Positions 1 to 10,488 of a stretch of 64,000 bases of DNA are shown here, piece after piece. Each line of letters starts with the position of its first letter. Position 1 is the stretch's first letter. The stretch is from a candidate division WOR-3 bacterium (GTDB lineage Bacteria > Hydrothermota > 32-111): contig JBDRZU010000001.1 of NCBI GenBank assembly GCA_039804105.1, positions 992,001-1,056,000 of the forward strand, given 5' to 3'. Made by a program: the position numbers and the translations under genes. The notes under the pieces were generated by a model, which did not search any database, was not told the DNA's origin, and saw only the letters and a list, made by a program, of their open reading frames with translations.

Positions 1-1
1 T

Positions 2-889
2 CCATTTTTCTATAGAAACAAAATCACTTTAAGAGTTAACGAAAAAGGTTTATCACTTTTAAAAGAAAAATCAAATGAGTTTGTTAACATTGATTCCTGT
101 CAGATTGTAAACCAAAAGATAAATGAAATCATTCATGTTTTAAATCGGATGAATCTTTATGGAAAAAATGTCCATAAGGTAAGTATAAGGTTATCAAGAG
201 CAGGAAAAATTTTACTAACTTTTTACACTGATATTATTGATCTTTCTTTTTCCTCTTTATTTTTTGAATCTTTAAATGTTGATAATTTGATTGTTTTTTT
301 AAAAAACCAAAAACCAGTATATTTGAAGGGAAAAGGTGAACTTGTAAACCTTATAGATGAAAATATTTTTCATTTTTCACATTCAAACTTTTTACAGGTT
401 AACGATTTTATTGCAGAAAAACTTTACACATATTTACATAGTGTTGTAAAAAAAGGAGAAAATCTTCTTGACCTTTTCTCAGGGATTGGGATATATTCAA
501 TAATTTTCAATAGAATGTTTAAAAAAATATATTCCGTTGAAGGTAACACATCTTCAGTTCATTTCCAGAGAAAAAATATTAAGGAAAACAAAATAAACAA
601 CATTTCCGTTATCAACAGATTTATAGATTCAACATTTGAATTAGGGAAAAATATTTATTTTGATACTGTGATAATTGATCCTCCTCGTGAAGGAGTCGAT
701 AAAATATTTTTAAAATCGATTCTTCCTAAAATAAAAGATCAGTTAATTTACATCTCTTGTGACCCTGCGACTCTAACAAGGGATATTAATACAATCAAAG
801 AAGAATTTTTCATAAAGGAGATAAAAATTTTTGACATGTTTCCCCAAACAAAACACTTTGAAACTGTTGTTATTTTTGAAAGGATTTAA
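2..889 (+). CDS. rlmD: 23S rRNA (uracil-C5)-methyltransferase RlmD/TrmA family, 5'-truncated by window edge
   Basis: Frame is open from nt 2 (PFFYRNK...). Motifs LDLFSGIG, IIDPPREG, YISCDPATLTRD, DMFPQTKHFE. Confidence 0.85.
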   Translation, partial: PFFYRNKITLRVNEKGLSLLKEKSNEFVNIDSCQIVNQKINEIIHVLNRMNLYGKNVHKVSIRLSRAGKILLTFYTDIIDLSFSSLFFESLNVDNLIVFLKNQKPVYLKGKGELVNLIDENIFHFSHSNFLQVNDFIAEKLYTYLHSVVKKGENLLDLFSGIGIYSIIFNRMFKKIYSVEGNTSSVHFQRKNIKENKINNISVINRFIDSTFELGKNIYFDTVIIDPPREGVDKIFLKSILPKIKDQLIYISCDPATLTRDINTIKEEFFIKEIKIFDMFPQTKHFETVVIFERI

Positions 890-1808
890 ATTTTAATAAA
901 ATTTTTACAGATTCTTCTGTTGACCTTGAATCAACGCATTCAATCCTATCACAAAGATCATAAGCAGGCCCATGGTCTGGAGATACTCTCAAAAAATCAA
1001 GACCCAAAGTTATATTAACCCCACTATTGAAAGATAACATTTTAAAAGGTATAAGAACTTGATCATGATATGTTCCAACAAAAAGATCGTATTCCTGTAT
1101 ATTGTTTTTATTGAAAGCGGAATCAGCAGAAACTGGACCATCTATTTTAAAATCTTTTTTTAGGGAGCAGATTATCCTTTTCAACCTGTAATCAGATAAC
1201 CCAAGAAGTTTTCCGTCTGAACAATGTGGATTAACACATAAAAGCAATATCTTTGGTTCTTTTTTCAAAAAGTTTCTATAAAATTCCTGTACATTTTTTA
1301 TTTGTTTCCGAATATTCGACTGAAAGAGTTCGTTTTCAACTTTTTCAAGTTTTATATGTCTCGTTAAAGGCAAAACAGAAATTTTTTTTGAATAAAGAAG
1401 CATGCTCAATTTTTTTCTAAATTTTTCTTCTAAATATTCTGTATGCCCAGAAAAACCAATTTTAAATTTTGCAATCTGTTCTTTATTTATAGGCATAGTT
1501 AAAAGACCATAATAATTATCTTTTTTCTTTATCATCTTCTCAATTGAAAAATCAAGTGATTTTATCGATAACAATGTTGATTCTTTTGTTGGTTTTCCTA
1601 ATTCTAATTTTATATTTTTTGACTGTAAAAAATCAAAAAAAATGTTTTTCAATTTCTTTTCAATTTTAAAATTTTTTAATACATCATAGAAAATTTTTTC
1701 AGAAACTGAAATTTCAAAATCAATATTTTGATATTTTTTTGCAGCAACATATATCAGATATGAGTTGATCCCTCCAATATCTCCAATTGAAACCAGAATT
1801 CTTTTCAT
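870..1808 (-). CDS. pdxA: 4-hydroxythreonine-4-phosphate dehydrogenase
   Basis: GHTEYL, NPHCSD, YHDQVLIPFK, RVSPDHGPAYD; follows a SurA-like gene. Confidence 0.9.
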   Translation of the reverse strand: MKRILVSIGDIGGINSYLIYVAAKKYQNIDFEISVSEKIFYDVLKNFKIEKKLKNIFFDFLQSKNIKLELGKPTKESTLLSIKSLDFSIEKMIKKKDNYYGLLTMPINKEQIAKFKIGFSGHTEYLEEKFRKKLSMLLYSKKISVLPLTRHIKLEKVENELFQSNIRKQIKNVQEFYRNFLKKEPKILLLCVNPHCSDGKLLGLSDYRLKRIICSLKKDFKIDGPVSADSAFNKNNIQEYDLFVGTYHDQVLIPFKMLSFNSGVNITLGLDFLRVSPDHGPAYDLCDRIECVDSRSTEESVKILLKFKSFQK

Positions 1809-3070
1809 TCGGAATATACTTTGATAAAAGATTTTCCCTTTTCTCTATCGATTAATTTTTGGATCTCTTCTTCAACCTTTCTGCTTTCAAGAACCGATGC
1901 TATTAATTCTCTAACTTCCTCATAGGAACTGATCTTCCCTCCAGAAATGTTTTTAACCATAAAGAGTTCATATCCAAAATCACCTTTTATCACATCGGAT
2001 ACCTCGTTCTCCATTAAATTTTTTAAGACACCTCGAACATTTTCAGATACCATTTCATACACAACTCTTCCAACGAATCCACCTTTATCTTTTGTCCACT
2101 CATCGTTTGAATATTTTTTCGCTGCTTCTTCAAATGATATTTTTTTACTAATAATTTCTTTTCTTATGTTGCTAATTTTATTATACGCTAACACCGAATC
2201 ATCTTTCGTTACAGGAAATTTTAAAAGTATCTGCTTATAGTTTATAGAATCTTCATTTCCATCGATTATTTTTATTATATGCATTCCATCTCTTGATTGT
2301 GTAAAAATAAGAGTATCCGATTTTCTATTCTGATAAAGAAAATTTGCAAGTTCAACTGGTAAATCACTATACTTTTTATAACCAACAATACCACCTTTTT
2401 TTGCATACTTATCTTCAGAATAGATTTTTGCAAATTGTGCAAAGTCCTTCCCATTTTTCAAATCCAATACGATAGATTCAAACTTTTGTAAGAGATCAAA
2501 CAATCTTATACTGTCGGGCTGAATTATTATAGAGATATGGTAAAGATCAGCAGCAGGTTGAACATAAAAAGAATCTTTATTCTGTTCATAAAAGTTTTTT
2601 ATTTCATTTTCATTCACAGATGTTTTTATCATTCTTTTATTCAGAATCTGTCTTTTAAGATATAAACTGGTTGCTTGCTGGAAATAATTTTTTCTTAGAT
2701 CTTCTATTTTTATTCCATTTTTTGACAGATAATCATAAAACTCTGTAGTATCATTAAAATTCTTTTTTAACTCTTCTATCCTTCTATCAACTTCTTTTAA
2801 TAACATTAAACTATCAATTGATATTGAATCTTTATCTGCAATTATCTGAAGAACTTTTGAATCAATGAGAATCTGGATCAAATTTCTTTTTAAAGAATCA
2901 ATTGTCTCCTTATTAAAAAGCGAAGAGTTTTCTAAAAGAAAAAGTTTTTCTTTATATTCTGATTCAAGAATAATCGAATCGTTTACTTGAATAAAAATCC
3001 TATCCGCTTTTAGGTTTAAAGCGGATAGGAAAACTATAAAGAAAAAAAGATTGAAAATTTTACTTTTCAA
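1805..3070 (-). CDS. surA: SurA-like periplasmic chaperone / parvulin PPIase (two PPIase domains)
   Basis: Signal peptide, VNDSIILESE N-domain, two FxxxAKxYSxD...GG motifs, immediately upstream of pdxA. Confidence 0.7.
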   Translation of the reverse strand: MKSKIFNLFFFIVFLSALNLKADRIFIQVNDSIILESEYKEKLFLLENSSLFNKETIDSLKRNLIQILIDSKVLQIIADKDSISIDSLMLLKEVDRRIEELKKNFNDTTEFYDYLSKNGIKIEDLRKNYFQQATSLYLKRQILNKRMIKTSVNENEIKNFYEQNKDSFYVQPAADLYHISIIIQPDSIRLFDLLQKFESIVLDLKNGKDFAQFAKIYSEDKYAKKGGIVGYKKYSDLPVELANFLYQNRKSDTLIFTQSRDGMHIIKIIDGNEDSINYKQILLKFPVTKDDSVLAYNKISNIRKEIISKKISFEEAAKKYSNDEWTKDKGGFVGRVVYEMVSENVRGVLKNLMENEVSDVIKGDFGYELFMVKNISGGKISSYEEVRELIASVLESRKVEEEIQKLIDREKGKSFIKVYSE

Positions 3071-3926
3071 ATTTGTACTCTATCTTTGCTTTTTCTCTTA
3101 ACTGCTGTGTATACGCTTGTATAAATGATTTTGATTTTTCAGAATATAAAAGATTTGTAAGCATTCCCTTGATCGTATTTTCATCAAGATTTGATGGTTT
3201 AAAATCAACAAGTTTAACTATATTGTATGTTCCATTTATTTCAGCAAAAGGTGTTGATATTTCCCCTTTATTTTTCAATGAGAAGGCAACAGAATCAATG
3301 TTGGCAAATCCTATACTTGTCAACTGTTTGAAGGTAAACCATGTATCGATTGCTCCGCCTTTTTGTCCCGTCTGTTTATCAAGCGATACCTCTTTTGCAA
3401 CAGTTTCAAAACTCTTTTTACCTGACTTTATCAAATTGTATATGGAATCAGCATACCCTTTATCAGCTGGAAGAACAATGATTGCTATTTTTATATTTTT
3501 ATCAAAATTTGGTTTGTTCAACTGGAAATATGCTGTTATTTCATCCTGTGTTGGTGCAGGCATTTCTTTAATTTTCTTTTCCATATATTTGCTTGCAAGA
3601 GTTATAATTTCTTGTAATTTAAGTTGATTCATCAAATTTGTATCGTTTTCGATTCCACTTTTCAACGCCTCATGGTATATTAGAATGTTGTCGATCAACT
3701 CATCAACTACCAGTTTTTTGTTTTCTTCTGGAACCGGTTGTCCCTGTGTTACAATGTTGACCAACCCTTCAGAAATGTTTATACCATTAACTGTTGCAAG
3801 AACTTTACCTGAAGTTTTTAAACTAACTTTTTCTTCCTGTGTGTTTTTCAAAACTATGTATCCAAGAAGGATAACTACGATTAATGAAAGCACAAGGATT
3901 ATGATAACTTTTGTGTCTTTTTTCAT
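3060..3926 (-). CDS. Membrane-anchored parvulin-type PPIase (PrsA/PpiC-like)
   Basis: N-terminal TM helix, LATVNG, FETVAKEVSLD...GG. Start moved to ATG 3926 behind AAGGAG. Confidence 0.75.
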   Translation of the reverse strand: MKKDTKVIIILVLSLIVVILLGYIVLKNTQEEKVSLKTSGKVLATVNGINISEGLVNIVTQGQPVPEENKKLVVDELIDNILIYHEALKSGIENDTNLMNQLKLQEIITLASKYMEKKIKEMPAPTQDEITAYFQLNKPNFDKNIKIAIIVLPADKGYADSIYNLIKSGKKSFETVAKEVSLDKQTGQKGGAIDTWFTFKQLTSIGFANIDSVAFSLKNKGEISTPFAEINGTYNIVKLVDFKPSNLDENTIKGMLTNLLYSEKSKSFIQAYTQQLREKAKIEYKFEK

Positions 3927-3930
3927 TTTT

Positions 3931-5604
3931 TTACTCCTTATTTTCACTGATTGTTTGGTTAACTATTTTGTCAAAAAGATTTCTGTTAACAAATATCTTG
4001 ATATTTTTCTTTTCTTTTTCTATCTGATCATAATATATACTATCAGTATAAAATTTCAGATATTCATTTTTCAACTGTCTTGATTTGAATTCGTCGGTTA
4101 AATCTTTTGGTCTTGGTGGAATCACATCAACAACATATATTATATTATATCCCTTTGAATTCTGGAAAATATCGGATATCTTTCCTTTTCCTGTTTCGAC
4201 TGCTTTTTGGTAATATCCTGTTGTATCGGTTTCATCGAAAATAAAATAATCAGGTTTTGCAAACTCCTTAGGTTTTATCGTAGAATACAATCTTGCAAAA
4301 CGTTGAAAATCTTTTTTCTTGATCTTCAAAGAATCTTTAACCATATTCACTTTTTGGAGATCATTGTTTGAAACAATGTAAACATACGCCTTTCCTTTTT
4401 CCATAAATCTATCGATTTTTTCTTTATAAAATTTGACCAGAAGTGAATCATCTGTTGGGATCGAATTCATTATATCTTTTCGAACTCTCTGATCACAGAT
4501 AATAGCCATTTTAACATCGGTTTCCTTAGCAAATTCTTTTGAAAGGTTTCCTCCCATCCTTCTTCCTTTTTCATAAACTGTCATAAAGAATAGCATCCTA
4601 TCTATGAAGTTCTTCATAACCTCTGGTTGAGAGAATGGAACTTTTCCAAAACCACCTTTCTGTGCTTCTCTGATAACATCATCTATAGTCCATGCACCGA
4701 ATATTGAAGTTGCAAGAACAAGTTTTCTTTCATCTTTTAATGAATCGAGTATTACATTGCCAACAGAATCATATTTGAATGCCTGGAAAAGTTTGTTTAT
4801 GTTTTCTAGATTAACATTTATCTTTCCCATTTTTCTCAACTTTTCTTCTGACTTTACAGCAACTTCATTAAGTTTTTTTCTTTTTAATGTATTCTCAACA
4901 GCTTTTATCTCACTCTGATATTTTGATGTATCCTTTTTTTCTCTTTTTAAGACCCTTATGATATGATATCCAAAAGGAGATTTGACAGGTTTTCCAATAA
5001 CATTTATAGGTTGTTTAAAACATGCATCCTCAAACGGTTTCACCATTACTCCACCTGAAAATTCTCTAAGCATTCCCTCATTGTTTTTGTTGTTTGTATC
5101 TAAAGAATATAAGGCTGCAAGTTCTCCAAACCTTTCGGGTTGTTTTTTCAGTATTTCATAGAGTGAATCTGCAAGTTTTTTTTCTTCAACAAGTATATGC
5201 TGAGCCCATATTGTCGTTTTATTTCTGATATATGTGTCCCATAATTCCTTTTCACTTATCTTAACTTTTTTTGTAACCTCATTGTCATATACTAGCCCTA
5301 TCAACCTGCTGTTTTCTGACTGAACTTTTTGGGTAATCAGATCTTCTGTAAGAAGATTATTCTTTTCCATATAGTTATAAACTATCATCTGGTTTATCAG
5401 GTTGTTCAAAACATCCTCTGCCTTTTTCAAATTTTCTTCTTTGGTAAGGTTTGGCATCGGTACATACATCTTTTTAAAAGTGCTTTCAAACAAAACTTTA
5501 TTATCAACTTTTGCAATCACATTATCTTTTTTTGAACAACCAGAAAAATTAAAGAGAATAAAAAATAGCGTTGTCAGAACTATAACATTTTTTGAAACTT
5601 TCAT
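3931..5604 (-). CDS. Lipoprotein parvulin-type PPIase
   Basis: Lipobox FSGC; AQHILV, FGELAALYSLD, MVKPFEDA, SPFGYHII. Confidence 0.8.
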   Translation of the reverse strand: MKVSKNVIVLTTLFFILFNFSGCSKKDNVIAKVDNKVLFESTFKKMYVPMPNLTKEENLKKAEDVLNNLINQMIVYNYMEKNNLLTEDLITQKVQSENSRLIGLVYDNEVTKKVKISEKELWDTYIRNKTTIWAQHILVEEKKLADSLYEILKKQPERFGELAALYSLDTNNKNNEGMLREFSGGVMVKPFEDACFKQPINVIGKPVKSPFGYHIIRVLKREKKDTSKYQSEIKAVENTLKRKKLNEVAVKSEEKLRKMGKINVNLENINKLFQAFKYDSVGNVILDSLKDERKLVLATSIFGAWTIDDVIREAQKGGFGKVPFSQPEVMKNFIDRMLFFMTVYEKGRRMGGNLSKEFAKETDVKMAIICDQRVRKDIMNSIPTDDSLLVKFYKEKIDRFMEKGKAYVYIVSNNDLQKVNMVKDSLKIKKKDFQRFARLYSTIKPKEFAKPDYFIFDETDTTGYYQKAVETGKGKISDIFQNSKGYNIIYVVDVIPPRPKDLTDEFKSRQLKNEYLKFYTDSIYYDQIEKEKKNIKIFVNRNLFDKIVNQTISENKE

Positions 5605-5637
5605 CAAACCTCCTTACAAGATGATTTTTAATTATAA

Positions 5638-8625
5638 CTATAATAATATTTTTTTCAAGTATTCATAAACCCAATTAAAAATTCGTTCATCTGTAGTCAA
5701 TTTTACTACAACCGTGAAAGATGGATCATAAAAAATTTCAAAATTTTCTTCTATCCTTGGTATAATCTTTTTTATTGCAGAATTTACACTCTCATCGATA
5801 CCAGTATAAAATTCTATGATGAGTTTTGAGTTTCCATATTCTAATCTTGAAATTTTATTATTTTTACAGAGTATTTTCAATTCCTGAAATTTAAAAAAGT
5901 TTTCAACATCATAATATATTTTTCCATATATATCTTTGACCTCCTTTTTTCTTTTCTCAAGTGTTTCAAAACTATCTATAGAGTTTATAGACCTATAAAG
6001 TTTTATTTTCGAACTTTTTGTCATATTGTAATGTTCTGAAATATATGAATCAAAAGGTATATTTATTGTTGGTTCTATGATATTTGATTTTTTAATCCCT
6101 TTTATCTCTTCAATCGCTTCATTTAAAAGTTTAAAATACAGCGAGTATCCAACATTACCTATATATCCATGTTGTTCTGTTCCAAGTATTTTCCCTGCCC
6201 CTCTAATCTCTATATCTTTCATTGCAAGGGAAAGACCTGCTCCAAGTGAAGGATATGAGGAAAAAACCGAGATCCTCTTTTTCGCATTATCACTCAAAAA
6301 TTCTTTTGATGGAATTATAAGATAACAATATGCTTCCCTTTCTGATCTACCAACCCTTCCTCTCAACTGATGAAGTTCTGCAAGTCCAAATCTATCAGCA
6401 TTGTTTATAAAAATTGTATTCACATTTGGATTGTCTATTCCAGATTCAATTATTGAGGTGGATAGAAGTATATCAAACTCTTTTCTTTTAAAACGATGCA
6501 TCATAAGATCGATATGTTTTGAACTCATCTTTGCATGTAAAGTCACAATCCTGACATTGGGTAAAATTTTTAAAAGATGTTGTTCCAAGGATTTTATATT
6601 TTCGATTTTATTGTTCACAAAATAAATCTGACCCTCCCTTTCGATCTCTTTCAGTACAGCATACTTTATGATGTTGTCATCCCATTTTATTATAGAGGTT
6701 TTTATATTTTTTCGTCCTGGAGGTGGAGTGTTTATACTACTTATATCTCTCACACCCATAAGTGACATTTCAAGTGTCCTTGGAATCGGAGTTGCTGATA
6801 AAGATAAGACATCTATATTTTTCTTCAATATTTTTAACTTTTCTTTCTGTTTTACTCCAAAACGGTGCTCCTCATCGATTATTAAAAGTCCCAAATCTTT
6901 AAACTCAATTCCTTTTGATAATAGAGAGTGTGTTCCAATGATTATATCTATTTTTCCATTTTTCAAATCATCTTTGATTTTTCTTTTTTGAAACTCATTT
7001 TTAAATCTGCTCATAACCTCTACAACAACACCAAAATCTTTCAATCTTGATATAAAAGTTTCGTAATGTTGTTGTGCAAGGATTGTTGTTGGAACCAAAA
7101 AAGCTACCTGCTTATCGGAAAGCACCGCTTTAAAAGCTGCCCTCAAAGCAACTTCAGTTTTACCATAACCAACTTCACCAACAACCAATCTGTCCATCGG
7201 TTTTGGTCGTTCCATATCTTTTTTGACTTCTTCTATCACTCTCAACTGATCTTCTGTCTCTTCATATTCAAAACTCTCTTCAAGTTCAAGTTGTAAAAGA
7301 TCATCTTTTTTGAAAGGAAAACCTTTAACAAGATTTCTTTCAGCATACAATCTTAAAAGTTCGCCAGCAATAGTTTTTATCGAATTTTTTATCTTCTCTT
7401 TTTCTTTTATAAAAGAATTTGATCTAAGAGAAGATAGTTTCAAATGTTCACCTTTATCTCCAACATACTTATCAACAAGATATATCTGTTCAACCGGTAC
7501 AAAAAGTTTATCATTATCAGCGTAGATTATTTTCAAACAGTCCGTTGTTCGATTGTTGTATTCTATCTTTTCGATTCCTGCATATATTCCGATTCCGTAG
7601 GTCTGATGAACCACAAGATCACCATTTTCAATCTCGTCGAGTTGCTCAAGATATATCGGGCTTAACTTTAGATGTGAATATCTTATATTTCTTGATCTGT
7701 TAAAAAGTTCAAAATCGTTTATATATATTTCTTTCGAATAGTGTGATATAAAACCTTTAAAAATATTGAATTCAAAATATTCAAATTCATTCTTTGTGAG
7801 TTTTTCAATTTTTTCCCTTTCATATTTTGATGAGCAAAAGATTTTCACTCTATAACTGGAAAAATTTTTCCTGTAATATTCCAAAAAATTTGTAAAACCA
7901 GAATCTTTTAAGGATAATGGTCCAAAAAGTTTAAAATCTGGTTCAAGTTTTAAAATTTCATCTGAAAAATTAAATATTCTGTAATCGGAAAAGAAAGAAT
8001 CAAATTCAACTGTTTTAGAAACATTTGAATCAAAATCTGGTGGAATAAAAATTTCTTCAACTTCTTCCTGGCTCAGTTGAGTATCCAAAGAAAACTTCCT
8101 TATCGATTCTATTTTTTCTTCGTTAAGTTCAATTCTATACGGTTCATCTCCATAAGGAAAAATATCTATTATGAAACCTCTAACAGCGAATTCCCCCTTT
8201 TCGAAAACATTATCAACTCTTTCAAAATTCAAACTCTCAACATTCTGAATGAATGTTTCAATGTTCAGTTCATCACCTTTTTTTAAAACTATTCCTTTTT
8301 CTTGAACATAATTTTGTGTTGGATATTTAAAATCTTTTAACCTTTTTTGAGATACTATATTTTTTTTTAAGTTTTTTAGTAAAAAGAGTTTTTTATAAAA
8401 CTCATCTTCGCTCCCACTATCAAGAAACGATATTTTTTCTCCAAGGAAATTTTTTAAATGTTCAAAAAGATATAAAGATTCATCAAAAGAATCATTTAAA
8501 ATTAAATATTTTTCATCAGATTTAAAAATTTTACTTGTTAGAATAAAAGGCAAAACTTCAGGAATCACCTTTTTTTTATCCAATTTATTAAATTTTTCTA
8601 ATAATTTCACTAATTCTGTTGACAT
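5638..8625 (-). CDS. mfd: Transcription-repair coupling factor
   Basis: GEFAVRGFIIDIFP, DLVVHQTYGIG, GEVGYGKTEVA, IIDEEHRFGV, SATPIPRT, QLRGRVGR. Confidence 0.95.
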   Translation of the reverse strand: MSTELVKLLEKFNKLDKKKVIPEVLPFILTSKIFKSDEKYLILNDSFDESLYLFEHLKNFLGEKISFLDSGSEDEFYKKLFLLKNLKKNIVSQKRLKDFKYPTQNYVQEKGIVLKKGDELNIETFIQNVESLNFERVDNVFEKGEFAVRGFIIDIFPYGDEPYRIELNEEKIESIRKFSLDTQLSQEEVEEIFIPPDFDSNVSKTVEFDSFFSDYRIFNFSDEILKLEPDFKLFGPLSLKDSGFTNFLEYYRKNFSSYRVKIFCSSKYEREKIEKLTKNEFEYFEFNIFKGFISHYSKEIYINDFELFNRSRNIRYSHLKLSPIYLEQLDEIENGDLVVHQTYGIGIYAGIEKIEYNNRTTDCLKIIYADNDKLFVPVEQIYLVDKYVGDKGEHLKLSSLRSNSFIKEKEKIKNSIKTIAGELLRLYAERNLVKGFPFKKDDLLQLELEESFEYEETEDQLRVIEEVKKDMERPKPMDRLVVGEVGYGKTEVALRAAFKAVLSDKQVAFLVPTTILAQQHYETFISRLKDFGVVVEVMSRFKNEFQKRKIKDDLKNGKIDIIIGTHSLLSKGIEFKDLGLLIIDEEHRFGVKQKEKLKILKKNIDVLSLSATPIPRTLEMSLMGVRDISSINTPPPGRKNIKTSIIKWDDNIIKYAVLKEIEREGQIYFVNNKIENIKSLEQHLLKILPNVRIVTLHAKMSSKHIDLMMHRFKRKEFDILLSTSIIESGIDNPNVNTIFINNADRFGLAELHQLRGRVGRSEREAYCYLIIPSKEFLSDNAKKRISVFSSYPSLGAGLSLAMKDIEIRGAGKILGTEQHGYIGNVGYSLYFKLLNEAIEEIKGIKKSNIIEPTINIPFDSYISEHYNMTKSSKIKLYRSINSIDSFETLEKRKKEVKDIYGKIYYDVENFFKFQELKILCKNNKISRLEYGNSKLIIEFYTGIDESVNSAIKKIIPRIEENFEIFYDPSFTVVVKLTTDERIFNWVYEYLKKILL

Positions 8626-8654
8626 ACAACTTCTTTTCAGTTAAGTTATTATAT

Positions 8655-9110
8655 ATGTATAAAATTTTTCTTTCAATACTCGTTCTGATTCTTCTGAGTT
8701 GTTCCATGGATTATTCTCTTGAAAAAGCAACAGTAACATATATAGGTTTTGACTTTTCGAACAATGGTGCAAACTCTGATCCAACCCAGAACGATATTGT
8801 ATCTATACTTGATTACAATCCATCATCTTCAACGATAACAAGGGAAGGGTATATTTATTTTTTGATAAATGAAAAATCAAAAAAACAGGACATCGTTGAC
8901 TTAGGTGAAGCGCCTTTTAACTCAATCGATAGGGTGTCCTATTCAATGTTTACTGATTCAGTTTGTCCTCCAATAATGGCGGGGCATCTTTATGTAATAA
9001 AGTGTAAAGATGGATACGCAAAAGTTTATGTTGTATCGTTTAGAGGAGAATCACTTCTGAGATTGCAGGTGAATATTATGTACGAATTTTCCTCAGATTC
9101 TGTATTCTAA
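8655..9110 (+). CDS. Hypothetical lipoprotein
   Basis: ATG 8655 gives MYKIFLSILVLILLSC (lipobox); fills the gap between mfd and korC. Confidence 0.6.
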   Translation: MYKIFLSILVLILLSCSMDYSLEKATVTYIGFDFSNNGANSDPTQNDIVSILDYNPSSSTITREGYIYFLINEKSKKQDIVDLGEAPFNSIDRVSYSMFTDSVCPPIMAGHLYVIKCKDGYAKVYVVSFRGESLLRLQVNIMYEFSSDSVF

Positions 9111-9664
9111 CTTCCGCAAATATCAGGATACTTACTCTTTGCCCTTTCAAAACCAACCTGAACCGCTTTTATATTCATATCGAGAAAATTTTTCGGAACA
9201 TTTTTTTCAACCGATTTTAGAACACTCTCTTCAGAAAAATATTTCCCAACAACGGTTATTATCCCAACTGAGATCATATTTGAAAAAAGTTCAGAGTTAG
9301 CAAGTTCTTTTGACATCTCAGAAATTGGAAAAGAAAGAATCCTTCTATCGAGTTGATCATAGTTTTTCACATAGAAAGAATCTATTATCAATTTTCCATC
9401 TTCTTTCAGTTCTTTTGAATAACGGTCATAAGCTTCCTGTGATAGGCACAATAAAATATCAGCAGCAGCAATTTCAAGTGTATATATATCTCCATCATCT
9501 ATAATAACATCAGCTTTTGAAAGTTCACCTCTTGCTGCAGCACCATATATCTGTGATTGAACAACATTCAGATTTGAGAAAATACCTGCTGCTTCAGCAA
9601 TCACTTTTGCAGCGAGTATTATTCCCTGACCACCGCTACCTGCCAATCGTATTTCTGCTCTCAT
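9107..9664 (-). CDS. korC: 2-oxoacid:ferredoxin oxidoreductase gamma subunit
   Basis: EIRLAGSGGQG, YGAAARG. Confidence 0.9.
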   Translation of the reverse strand: MRAEIRLAGSGGQGIILAAKVIAEAAGIFSNLNVVQSQIYGAAARGELSKADVIIDDGDIYTLEIAAADILLCLSQEAYDRYSKELKEDGKLIIDSFYVKNYDQLDRRILSFPISEMSKELANSELFSNMISVGIITVVGKYFSEESVLKSVEKNVPKNFLDMNIKAVQVGFERAKSKYPDICGS

Positions 9665-10488
9665 CTCTCACCCCTTTTTGCTTTTTCTATAACATTTTTT
9701 TCATAGGATTCAACATATTCTTCTCGCTGTTCATCAACAAAAATACCTATTGGAAATTTTCCCTTCTTCTCTTCTTCACTCATCTCCTGCCATTTTTTCA
9801 AAGATACAGCCCTTTCAGCAACAAAATCAAGCATCTGATATGGTTCTTTCAACTTATTTCTTCTACCGAACTGAGTTGGACAGGTAGCCATAACTTCTAC
9901 AACTGAAAATCCTTTGTGAGATAATGCTTTTTCCATCACATTGTCAAGAAGAGCGATATGGTAAGCATCAGCCCTTGCAACGAAGGAGGCACCTGCTCCA
10001 ATTGCAAGTTTAACAATATCAAAAGGCGGTTCTACATTACCATATGGTGCTGTTGAAGCATAATAATCTTTGGGAGTTGTTGGAGAGTACTGTCCTCCGG
10101 TCATACCATAAATATTGTTGTTAAAAATTATTGCTTTAATATCAATATTTCTCCTGCATGCATGTATAAAATGGTTACCCCCTATTGCAACAGCATCACC
10201 ATCACCCATCACATCTATAACCATCAATTCGGGTTTTGCCATCTTAATTCCTGTTGCAAAGGTCAAAGATCTTCCATGTGTTGTATGTAAAGTGTTCATA
10301 TCAAGATATCCTGGTGTTCTTCCAGAACATCCGATTCCAGAGAGAACAGCGACCTTGTTTTTATCAAGTTTCAACTTTTCAATTGAACGAAGGAGTGCTC
10401 CTACAATGATTCCATGGGCACACCCTGGACACCAGATATGTGGTAATTTATCGGTTCTAAGATAATCAAAAATATGTTCATTATACAT
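9661..10488 (-). CDS. korB: 2-oxoacid:ferredoxin oxidoreductase beta subunit
   Basis: WCPGC, SGIGCS, GDGD TPP motif, YGMTGGQ, CPT. Confidence 0.93.
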   Translation of the reverse strand: MYNEHIFDYLRTDKLPHIWCPGCAHGIIVGALLRSIEKLKLDKNKVAVLSGIGCSGRTPGYLDMNTLHTTHGRSLTFATGIKMAKPELMVIDVMGDGDAVAIGGNHFIHACRRNIDIKAIIFNNNIYGMTGGQYSPTTPKDYYASTAPYGNVEPPFDIVKLAIGAGASFVARADAYHIALLDNVMEKALSHKGFSVVEVMATCPTQFGRRNKLKEPYQMLDFVAERAVSLKKWQEMSEEEKKGKFPIGIFVDEQREEYVESYEKNVIEKAKRGER

